From an uncultured Clostridium sp. (GTDB lineage Bacteria > Bacillota > Clostridia > TANB77 > CAG-508), in contig CANOWW010000010.1 of NCBI GenBank assembly GCA_947571115.1, positions 6,142 through 70,141 on the forward strand: DNA of 64,000 nt. Direction: 5' to 3'. Shown here piece after piece: positions 50,908 to 59,654 of the stretch. The stretch's first letter is position 1. Each line of letters begins with the position of its first letter. Position numbers and translations under genes: made by a program. The notes beneath the pieces are model-generated. The model was not told the origin of the DNA. It saw only the letters and a list, made by a program, of their open reading frames with translations, and did no database searches.

Positions 50908-51592
50908 TGCTCAATTTCTCCTTTAATGTTGTTACGACACATTTAGCTGCCCAAATACCATTTTTGTTAAATTGCCTTTGCCACGCCATTTCACTTTTAG
51001 CCCATCTAAAACCTCTGTGTTTTAAAGTCTTTCTAGTTTCCTCATCTGGTTTGCCATCAAAAAACACTTGTATTCGATTGATTTCTCTGTTATGTGTAAC
51101 TTTACCACCTACGAACTCAATGTCTTTAAAATCTAGTTCATCAAGTTCTTTTAATTCCGCTATTCTGTCTTTTATCCTGCGTATATCTCTTGAAATATAC
51201 TCTAATTCGTACGGTGCGTGTTCTTTTTTCTTGATATCTTCTCTTGTTTTTTCAAGTGCATATAATCGTTGTTCTAATTTAACGATTGCCTCTGGGTCAT
51301 CAGAACTAATGGCATTATTATTTTTTGCACTTTCTGCTTTGTCAGCATAATAATTGCTTTTGTCTTCTAATTCGTTGGCTTTTCTAAAATTGTTGTCTAT
51401 TCGTTTTAAATCTGCTCTGTGTCTGCGTTCCGAATGATGTCCGATGAGTAAAGGTTGTCCGTTCATTACTTCTAAAATTTTACTGCCTTGCTTTGCTCTT
51501 TGGTTAGATTCCAACTTATTTTTCTTTGCTTTTGCTTCGTAACTTGCAATTCTCCTTTGTTTTCTTTCTTCGTAATCTTTTCTACCAGACAT
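50900..51592 (-). CDS. DUF3560-domain protein
   Basis: MNGQPLLIGHHSERRHRADLKRID and the C-terminal IQVFFDGKPDEETRKTLKHRGFRWAKSEMAWQR match the plasmid/ICE-associated DUF3560 pattern (from memory). Confidence 0.55.
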   Translation of the reverse strand: MSGRKDYEERKQRRIASYEAKAKKNKLESNQRAKQGSKILEVMNGQPLLIGHHSERRHRADLKRIDNNFRKANELEDKSNYYADKAESAKNNNAISSDDPEAIVKLEQRLYALEKTREDIKKKEHAPYELEYISRDIRRIKDRIAELKELDELDFKDIEFVGGKVTHNREINRIQVFFDGKPDEETRKTLKHRGFRWAKSEMAWQRQFNKNGIWAAKCVVTTLKEKLSNE

Positions 51593-51640
51593 TTTATTCC
51601 TCCTTTCCCTTAATATAACTGGCTTACGCCTTGTTTCTGA

Positions 51641-51674
51641 CTTAACACATTAATTTTGATTATGCAACTCCTGT
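51641..51674. repeat. 34-bp intergenic repeat, copy A (TTAACACATTAATTTTGATTATGCAACTCCTGTG)
   Basis: Near-identical to 53359-53392, with two mismatches. Confidence 0.85.
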
Positions 51675-51707
51675 GAACAAAAAAATTACATTTTTTACTT
51701 TTATCTT

Positions 51708-53251
51708 TTACGATACCCTAAAACCAATTACCTTTTGGGTGGTTTGTGTTTTTATTCTTTCCGATACTTTGACAATATCTGACTTGGTAATCAGATCCAA
51801 ATTATTACTATTTTCTTTTTTAACTCTTGACGCTTGTTCAAATTTGATTTTTTCAAAGAAGTTTCGTGCCAGTCTACCATTGCTAAATGTTTCAGTTTTA
51901 TTTTGAATTTCATTTTTGAAATAATCTATAATTACCTTTTTACAACCTTTGTCTAGTATAAATTTCTCGGTTTCTGTCATCTGCTCAAATATTTCGTATA
52001 GTTCTGTTTCTGTATAGTCTGGAAAATCAATATAAAACTGTATTCTGTCCTTAAAGCCACTATTCATATTGATTAAATTTTCCATTTCTTTTTTATACCC
52101 AGCAAAAATAACGCATAAATTTCCTCTGTTATCTTCCATTTCCTTGATTAACGTACTAATACATTCGGGTCCGAAATCTTGTCTTTTTTCATCAAATGTA
52201 TTTGCCAAAGAATATGCCTCGTCAATGAATAGCACACCACCTAATGCAGAATTTACTACCTTTTTTGTTTTTATGGCTGTTTGTCCCACATACTCGGCAA
52301 CCAAATTTTCTCTTGTTGCCTCAACAAATTTCTTTTCCTTGCTCAATACATTTAAATCTGAAAATATCTCTCCAATTATTCTTGCAACTTTTGTTTTACC
52401 AGTTCCGTGGGTTGCCAGTAAAAACCATATGGAGCATTGGCATATTGCCTCGCTTTTTATGTACTTCTATATAATCGAAAATTTGGTGCATCTGTTCTTT
52501 TACATTGGCTAGTCCAATCAACTTGTCTAATTTTTCCAGTCCGTTCGCTAGAAGTTTTGCTTGTTTTTGTTGTGTCTTCTTTGGAATCTTCCAACTTGAA
52601 ATATTTATCTTGTAGTATATTCGTGTTATCATTATTTGCTTGAACAAATGCTTTCATTAAATCTTGGTTAATATCAAAAATTACTTCATCTGATAGCTGG
52701 TCGATAAATCGTGAATTTTCCTTTATCATAAAATTATTTTTTTCAACTATTCCTTTTATGTATTCTGTTTTTTCCTCTTTACTTACACATTCAATTGTTA
52801 GTTCCCAATAGAAGAAACTTTTGAAAAACTTTTTTATATCATTAATGCTTATTGGAGTTTTTATAAGTAGAATAAATACATTTTGTGAATTTTTTTCTAT
52901 AAAATCTCTCATTCTACTTGTAAAGATAGATGATACTTCCCTGTCATCTATAACATAGATTTTGTTCTCTGTTTCATAATTAAGTTTTTCTTCTGTTAAG
53001 TTAATATATCTACCTTTTACAATATCTTTTGCGACTAATAAATCATTAACAATGTCTAACACTTCTTTGTATTCAATTCCAGAAACTTTACAATTAATGA
53101 TGATGTTATAATTACCAATATCAATTTTGTTCTCTAATTTTAAATCAATATAGTTGCTATACAATTTTAATGTTTCTTTTAGATTCTTACAACCTAGTAC
53201 ATTGTTGGTTCTATCAATTATTTCACTAACACTATTTTTTATCTTCTTCAA
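51708..53251 (-). CDS. AAA+ ATPase (SpoVK/CbbX-like) with a 260-aa N-terminal domain of unknown function; intact only with two +1 shifts at CGG (52541-52543 and 52405-52407)
   Basis: Three ORFs join as ...KTSKTSSE|GLEKLDKLIGLANVKEQMHQ...HMVFTGNP|GTGKTKVARIIGEIF...GGVLFIDEAYSL. The second junction lies inside the Walker A motif GNPGTGKT. Confidence 0.75.
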
Positions 53252-53358
53252 TTTAACACCTCTTTTTATTGGAAGTAAGGGAAAGGAAGATAAAACAACA
53301 TAAAAACAAAAATCTTCCTTTCTCTGATTTAAATGACTATAAACTCCCTATTATTGAA

Positions 53359-53392
53359 TTAACACATTATTTTTGTTTATGCAACTCCTGTG
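53359..53392. repeat. 34-bp intergenic repeat, copy B (TTAACACATTATTTTTGTTTATGCAACTCCTGTG)
   Basis: See copy A. Both copies lie upstream, on the minus strand, of the next gene in the array. Confidence 0.85.
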
Positions 53393-53530
53393 GGAGAAAA
53401 TATTTTTTCAAGCAAATTTTAAGCAATTTTAATGTAATGTGGTAAAATTATACTATTACCTATATTAAAATAAATTGTGAACCATTCTCAACAGAATAAA
53501 CTCACTTTTATATAGGTTTCTTAATAACTC

Positions 53531-55018
53531 CTAATCTATATCATATTCTACTGGTTCAAATCTTGTCTTTTGATTTTGTTCAGCTGCTTCCATTATTTCA
53601 TCTAGCGTTGCTGGCGCAACAAACTTGCTATCAATACCTACTATATCCTGATTAACAATCGCATTGCCGAAAGTATAATATTCTGGTTCTATTGGTGTTT
53701 CAAAAGCACTTTCAATAGGTGCACCATCTCTGTTTTTTATTAAACCAACTTTTGCCTCATACAGAATTTTTAAGTTATCATCTGAATAAACCGTTAGAAC
53801 AACAGAAGATGACCTTTCTAACTCGCTCCCCTCTGCAAAGTGTTCAGTTAAATAATTACCGTGGTGTTCACTAGCATATTTTTTGCCTTTTCTGTTTGCT
53901 TGGGCTATTACTATCATTGCTACTTGTTTTTTTGTCCTACACCAATCAAAGGCTTGTTCTCTAAAAAAGGAAGCATATTTATTGTAAGTATCTGTCACGT
54001 CAAATTTGGATTCTCCAAATTTTAATAAATTAATATGGTCTATGACACATATATCTATTCCGTGACCAGTTTCTTGTATTGACAAATTATTTATTTCAGT
54101 GAATTTTTGTTCTAGTGCATATAAGGAATACGAACCTACATCTTTTTTATCTACTGCATAAATTTTTCCCTTTAATTTGTCATAGTCTGGAATAATTTGT
54201 GCTTTCAAATATTCTAATTGTTGCGGGGTCAATGTTTTCTGTTTCAATTTCCAATGTGGAATTTGCTTTGTAAATTTTTCTTGATTGCTATGGCGAGAAA
54301 GCAAATTGAACAAAATATCTTCTTTTGATACTTCAAGCGATAAATACAATGTATTCATCCCTTTCAGTTGTGCTGCATACGCAATGTTTAGCGCCCAACT
54401 CGTTTTAAAGCAACCTGATGCTCCTAATATAGATGTTAAATCTCCTTTTCGGAGTCCACCAAGTGTGTCATCTAAAACTCTATCACACGTTGATATATTT
54501 GATTGTTTTATATGTTTATTTTCATATTGGTTCATAAGATTTGAAGTTGTAATATTGTTATAATCTAATGCTACCGCACTTGTAGAAATTAATCCATTTA
54601 ATTTTTTCATTACCTCGCTTGTTATACCATCCTCAATCACTTTGCTTGATAAATCATTGAGAATATCTGCCATTTTTAGCCTTTTAGCATACATTATATA
54701 TTGGTCTATATATTGCGCTACATTGGAAACTGCTTGATATTTTTCTACGAATTTTATACCAAGTGTTGCTTGTATGATATCTGGGCTTAAAATATAGCCA
54801 ACTTCTCTGCACTTGGTTATAAATGCCTCAATTACTTTTTTATTATCTTTTGAAACCTCTGGTGCTTCCATTATTTTGTTCAATAAATCCAATTCTTCAT
54901 ACTTTACCGATACAAAAATGGTTTCTAAATTTGGTATTACTTTTTTCATTTTCAAATTCTCCTCTCTTTTTTCTGAATTTTGTTCTAAATCTGCTATTGC
55001 ACTTTCTAATTTTTCCAT
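53531..55018 (-). CDS. DnaB-like / RecA-superfamily replicative helicase
   Basis: RVLDDTLGGLRKGDLTSILGASGCFKTSWALNIAYAA is a P-loop in a DnaB C-terminal-like context. VIDHINLL and IAQANRKG are also present. The start at ATG 55018 follows AAGGAAATAGG. Confidence 0.55.
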   Translation of the reverse strand: MEKLESAIADLEQNSEKREENLKMKKVIPNLETIFVSVKYEELDLLNKIMEAPEVSKDNKKVIEAFITKCREVGYILSPDIIQATLGIKFVEKYQAVSNVAQYIDQYIMYAKRLKMADILNDLSSKVIEDGITSEVMKKLNGLISTSAVALDYNNITTSNLMNQYENKHIKQSNISTCDRVLDDTLGGLRKGDLTSILGASGCFKTSWALNIAYAAQLKGMNTLYLSLEVSKEDILFNLLSRHSNQEKFTKQIPHWKLKQKTLTPQQLEYLKAQIIPDYDKLKGKIYAVDKKDVGSYSLYALEQKFTEINNLSIQETGHGIDICVIDHINLLKFGESKFDVTDTYNKYASFFREQAFDWCRTKKQVAMIVIAQANRKGKKYASEHHGNYLTEHFAEGSELERSSSVVLTVYSDDNLKILYEAKVGLIKNRDGAPIESAFETPIEPEYYTFGNAIVNQDIVGIDSKFVAPATLDEIMEAAEQNQKTRFEPVEYDID

Positions 55019-55391
55019 TTTCCTATTTCCTTTCTTATAAATTTTTATTTTTGATACTTGAAATATAAGTTCCAATTTCCAAGCAAATTTTGAAGAGGGG
55101 GCAAAAAAATCTGGAAAACCACAAATGGGCGGAATAGAAACCAGCGAGCGAATGCTCGCAAAAATTTACGCCAAACGTAGCCACTATAAAGCAAACGATA
55201 AAGTAAGGTAAATCAATGCTACATTCATCGTAAATTATTGCTTTACATTAATATATTACTATATTAGAAGGTCTCTCTAAATTTATATATTCCAGTATTA
55301 TCAAGTTTTTTTGCCAATTTTCATATGTGATAATTTTTACATTACCCTCTTACGATTTTTTATACTTTACTTTCATTAAGAATTTTTTACT

Positions 55392-56387
55392 TTACTTGTA
55401 ATCAATTATTATTTGTGTACTCACAAGAGCATAATTCTTGGCTGTCAATTTATCTACTGTAAAATCGTAATCCTTAATGACTTTATTATCTTTGAGTAGG
55501 TCTAATACATATTTGAGATGTCTTTCAAAATTCTGTAATAGTCTTGTCTTTTGACTTGCTTGTCCTATTTCTTGAAATTTATTAATTCCTTTTTTAGAAC
55601 CATCTCGATTAAAACACATAACATTTGTTAATATACTTTTAATACTAATACTTTTTGGCTCAATATTCTTCGCCTTTCTGTCTTTTTTACGTTTTTTATT
55701 CTCATCAACAAATATTATTCTGACTAAATACATTCCAATAAAAAAGTTTTCTATTTCTTTATACGATACTTGTATCAATTCTATTGGCAATTTATCAGAC
55801 ATTCTCTTTGACTTCATTAAAAAGCAACCAAAATCTCCCAATTTATATCTCACCGCCACTCCCACACCCTTTTTGTTTTTTATCAATTCATATTCGATCA
55901 GATTTTGATGTATACTTTTGGAAATTTCATCCCTTTGATACTCTTTTACACCTTTTAAATCTATGTTAATTTCTTTCTGGTGTAAATCTTCAAGTCCCTC
56001 CATATACGAATTTAATGTTTCCTCTTCTATCTGACCAAAACGATTATATGATTTATTACGATAATCACCGTGTATCTCTCGAAATTTTATGGTAAGATAC
56101 CCATCATTATCTAATTTTTCTTGATTTACAGCGTAATAATCAAATAAAATCGTATATAACAGAAAACCCTGCCTTGAAAATAAAATACTTTCTTTGGAAA
56201 TTTGTTGCTCTAATACTCTAAAAGTAACATTTTTTCTTAATTTACTACTTCCAATTTGTAAAACTGCTTTAAACGGTACATTTTTATTTCCCTCTTTTAT
56301 ATCACTATTAGATACATTGAACATTTCAATAAACTCATTGTGTGGTACTGTTATTTTCTCTTTTGCATTTTTTATCTTTTCTTCCAT
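55392..56387 (-). CDS. hypothetical 331-aa protein, possible replication initiator by position
   Basis: It lies immediately upstream of the helicase and downstream of a 1-kb repeat-rich non-coding region. No motif recognised. Confidence 0.4.
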   Translation of the reverse strand: MEEKIKNAKEKITVPHNEFIEMFNVSNSDIKEGNKNVPFKAVLQIGSSKLRKNVTFRVLEQQISKESILFSRQGFLLYTILFDYYAVNQEKLDNDGYLTIKFREIHGDYRNKSYNRFGQIEEETLNSYMEGLEDLHQKEINIDLKGVKEYQRDEISKSIHQNLIEYELIKNKKGVGVAVRYKLGDFGCFLMKSKRMSDKLPIELIQVSYKEIENFFIGMYLVRIIFVDENKKRKKDRKAKNIEPKSISIKSILTNVMCFNRDGSKKGINKFQEIGQASQKTRLLQNFERHLKYVLDLLKDNKVIKDYDFTVDKLTAKNYALVSTQIIIDYK

Positions 56388-57381
56388 AGTCTTCTCCTCT
56401 CTTATATTTTTTTATTGGAACGATTTACTTGGTAAATCGTTCCTTATATGTAAATTAGTTTTTTCTGAAATTGGCGCAATTTAAAACACATAGGAAAATA
56501 TGTGTTTCTTTTGTAAGTGTTAAATTAGTTTAAAATATTCAATTTTAAAACAATGTAATAAAATGTACTATCACATACATTCAAATAAATTTGTGCTAAT
56601 TGTGAGAAGAATTAACTATAAAATCTTTATATTTTGGGTTAGTATTGTATTATTAAAACTGTAATTTTTGCATTATTCATTTATAGTATAAGGTTTTACT
56701 TTTACTATAAAACCTTACACTATAAACTTATGGTTTATCATTCATTCTAACCTCTTCGGTTAAGGTGTGATAAATACCTTCGTTTGTTTCCGAGTTATAC
56801 ATCTCCTTTATACTTCTACATTTAAATCTTTACTTTTAATTATTATACTTATTATTTTATCTGTAACGACTCTGCTATCTGTCACTTTGGTTTCTTTTGT
56901 ATGCAACACATGCTGTCTTTTATGACATAAACTGTGTTTTATGTCATTTTCTGTCTCGTAAGACTTGTTTTTTTCTCTTTTTTCTCCTTATCTTACTTCT
57001 GTTCATCTTGCTTTTTTTCCTTTTTGCTTTTTTTATTTTACTCGAATAATCCCTTACCGCGCATACATACTCGCTCCCTATCAATCTAGTGGTGTCACAC
57101 AATCCTCTCGGTTCGGATTACAGTCATTCAGTGTTTTTAGTATGGCGTCTTCATCGTGCCCTTTTACCGTTTTCACGGATTTATCACGGATTGGGTTGTT
57201 AGCCCGACTTCACCATAAATCCTTAAATATCAGAACTATACTGTCACATAAATATGTTTTGCATAAAGTATGAAATATAATGCCACATATCTGATTTATG
57301 ATTACCAATATAATATATTATGCAATATAATATTATGCAATTTACTAATCTTTATTATAATATATATAAAGTTAGCGCGAA

Positions 57382-57597
57382 CTATTTGTGTAAGTTCTTG
57401 TTCTTTTCTTGAATTCCTGCATATTCCAAGAACTTACTTTTAATGATGTTGTAATTCCATTGACCACCACTTCCCTGAACAGCAGAGCCAAAATCAAATC
57501 TTCCTTGTCGTAACCCTGCCCTGATAAATTCAGCATTTTTGTGAACAATTCTTCCAGCTTCTTCTGGGGTCATTATTTCTACTGGTTCTATTTCCAT
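57382..57597 (-). CDS. small HTH DNA-binding protein (excisionase/Cro-like by position)
   Basis: 71 aa. MTPEEAGRIVHKNAEFIRAGLRQGRFDFGSA resembles HTH_17-type excisionase/regulator proteins. It is divergent from the XRE repressor. Confidence 0.5.
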   Translation of the reverse strand: MEIEPVEIMTPEEAGRIVHKNAEFIRAGLRQGRFDFGSAVQGSGGQWNYNIIKSKFLEYAGIQEKNKNLHK

Positions 57598-57654
57598 TTT
57601 TCTCCCCCCTTTTTTATTGATGTTCTAAATTATACCCCCCTATTTTGAAGTTGT

Positions 57655-57711
57655 CAATAGATTTTGTGAAAAAAATTTACTTTTTGTTAAAAAATTTCAC
57701 AAAATCTATTG
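57655..57711. promoter_or_regulatory. 17-bp perfect inverted repeat operator (CAATAGATTTTGTGAAA N23 TTTCACAAAATCTATTG) in the divergent promoter region
   Basis: Seen directly, centred between the divergent genes at 57597 and 57770. Confidence 0.6.
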
Positions 57712-57769
57712 CATTCTTTTATTTTTTATCGTATAATAGATACATAAACATTAATTTTAGGAGATTTGT

Positions 57770-58171
57770 ATGAATAGATTAAAAATATTAAGATGTGAAA
57801 AAGGTCTAGTTCAAAAAGATATTTCAAATTATCTACATTGCTCAATCGCTATCATTTCAATGTATGAAAAAGAACAACGCGTTATGGATATCAACACCGC
57901 TCAAAAATTAGCAAATTATTTTGAATGTAGTGTAGATTACTTGCTCGGCAAATCTGATATACGAAACGACAAAGATTTTATAGTATTTAATGGTTTTAAG
58001 ATGTATTCTATGGATAATTACGATATTTCAAAATATGCAAACGACTTTCAAGATGACAACTTTTTATCCAATTACAACAAATTAAATGCAATCGGGAAAT
58101 CAAAAGTCAACGAAATGATTGCAGACTTACTTCAAATACATAAATACACAGAAGAACCAAATGAAAATTAA
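57770..58171 (+). CDS. XRE-family repressor (cI-like)
   Basis: LKILRCEKGLVQKDISNYLHCSIAIISMYEKEQRVMDINTAQKLANYFECSVDYLLGKSD is a classic HTH_3 domain with a C-terminal extension. It lies directly upstream of the integrase. Confidence 0.75.
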   Translation: MNRLKILRCEKGLVQKDISNYLHCSIAIISMYEKEQRVMDINTAQKLANYFECSVDYLLGKSDIRNDKDFIVFNGFKMYSMDNYDISKYANDFQDDNFLSNYNKLNAIGKSKVNEMIADLLQIHKYTEEPNEN

Positions 58172-58228
58172 TATAAATTTTACAAAAGTAACCCATTCGG
58201 GTTACTTATATTTTTAAGGAGAATTTTT

Positions 58229-59560
58229 ATGAAAACCAACAAAAAAAGAACAAACGGAAAAGGAAGTGCAACTTTCTTAGGTGAAAATAGAGAAAAGCCT
58301 TGGGGAGCTAGAATAACAATCGGAAAAGATATAAATGGCACTGCGATTAGACATTATATAGATACTTTTGAAACGGAATTGGATGCCTTGGTATGTTTAG
58401 AAAACTATCATAAAGAACCTTATCCTCTCTACATCAAAGAAGATAAATATAATCGAATTGTAACTTTTCCAAAAAAACCTTATCCTCTCGTTGCCGTTAA
58501 AGACCCTCACGCAGATATTGTTGAAAAAGTAAAAAGAGATAATTACACTTTCAAACAATTATTTGAAAAATTCCAAGATATCAAAATGCTCACAAAAGAA
58601 GAAGAACAATTAGAAAAAATACATCATACTAGACCAAAAAATAAACCTTTTGGGCGTTGCTATTGTTTAGCCTTAAAGACTGCTTTTAATAATTCAAAAC
58701 CTTTGCACGATAGAGTATATAAAGAGTTAAGAACTTCTGATTTTATGAAACATTTAGAAAATAGTGGAAAAGGAAATGACCCTCAAAGACAAATGGTTAA
58801 TTTATACCTTAATCTTGACAAATTTGCACTAGAAGAAGATATTATTGAAAAAGGCTATGCACAATTTATCAATATTACTACTAATAGTAAAAAAGAAATT
58901 AAAAACTCTAAAAACCAAACTATCAAAAAAGAAAAACTATTCTCTTATGAACAAATTGATTATTTATGGAATTTTACTCCAAAAAGTACTGGCATTCAAC
59001 TACATCAAAAACAAGAAAGAGAACAATTTATCAGAGATTTTTGGCTTATGCTTTTATATGCTGGTACTCGTGCTGATGAATTACTTTCTGTATATACCGC
59101 TAATGTATTTCTAGATAAAAATTATTTTATCGGCGGATTAAAAACCGAAGCTGGAATTAACAGAGAAATACCAATACACCCTGCTGTAAAACATTTGTAT
59201 GAGAAATACTACAACCCTAATAATGAATTTTTATTTACGCAACCGAATGGCAAAAGAATAGATTATAATTATTATTTATATCACTATCAATACAATTTTA
59301 AAGATTTGCACACTGAAATATCACAACACACCGCCCACGATGCTAGACATACACTCCGCACAGAATTAAAAAAATTGAATATCAAAGACATCATCATCAA
59401 CGCAATTATAGGTCATAGTAATGATGATGTTGGCGATGATGTATACACCCATATTTCCATAGAAGAAAAATTGGAAGCAATCAAATTAGTCACTTATAAA
59501 AAGAGCAATAATTTATATATTTTCGATTCAAATCAGCAACAAAAAACTGGTACAAATTAA
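58229..59560 (+). CDS. int: tyrosine-type site-specific integrase
   Basis: The C-terminal catalytic region has YAGTRADELLS, HTAHDARHTLRTEL and IIGHSNDDVGDDVYTH (R...H-x-x-R...H...Y). It lies 70 nt from the right att repeat. Confidence 0.85.
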   Translation: MKTNKKRTNGKGSATFLGENREKPWGARITIGKDINGTAIRHYIDTFETELDALVCLENYHKEPYPLYIKEDKYNRIVTFPKKPYPLVAVKDPHADIVEKVKRDNYTFKQLFEKFQDIKMLTKEEEQLEKIHHTRPKNKPFGRCYCLALKTAFNNSKPLHDRVYKELRTSDFMKHLENSGKGNDPQRQMVNLYLNLDKFALEEDIIEKGYAQFINITTNSKKEIKNSKNQTIKKEKLFSYEQIDYLWNFTPKSTGIQLHQKQEREQFIRDFWLMLLYAGTRADELLSVYTANVFLDKNYFIGGLKTEAGINREIPIHPAVKHLYEKYYNPNNEFLFTQPNGKRIDYNYYLYHYQYNFKDLHTEISQHTAHDARHTLRTELKKLNIKDIIINAIIGHSNDDVGDDVYTHISIEEKLEAIKLVTYKKSNNLYIFDSNQQQKTGTN

Positions 59561-59630
59561 TCGGTGGGTAACAAAAGGGTAACAAATCGAAAAATCAGAC
59601 TTTAAAAAGCCTGATTTTTCAATACTTTCA

Positions 59631-59654
59631 CTACACTTCCATAATAATCGGCAA
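59631..59654. repeat. attR-like direct repeat (overlaps the rnj stop and last 7 codons)
   Basis: CTACACTTCCATAATAATCGGCAA; see 46937-46960. Confidence 0.85.

Larger units (their letters stand above)
46937..59654. mobile_element. about 12.7-kb integrated element (integrative island, PICI-like or integrative-plasmid-like) inserted in the 3' end of rnj
   Basis: Bounded by direct repeats CTA(T/C)ACTTCCATAATAATCGGCAA. A tyrosine integrase lies at the right end beside a cI/cro-like divergent switch. Replication genes, a serine recombinase and a TA module lie inside. Confidence 0.8.

Noticed and set aside
57040-57235. Retron msr/msd or group II intron fragment in the island's GC-rich core
   Set aside because: No reverse transcriptase or intron-encoded protein gene lies nearby. 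The CCGT-GAAA-ACGG hairpin is too short to be a domain V.
56965-57273. 102-aa plus-strand ORF in the island's non-coding region
   Set aside because: It has a low-complexity Phe/Ser/Leu-rich sequence, no RBS, and runs opposite to all neighbouring genes. I treat the region as non-coding (see the finding on 56388-57381).
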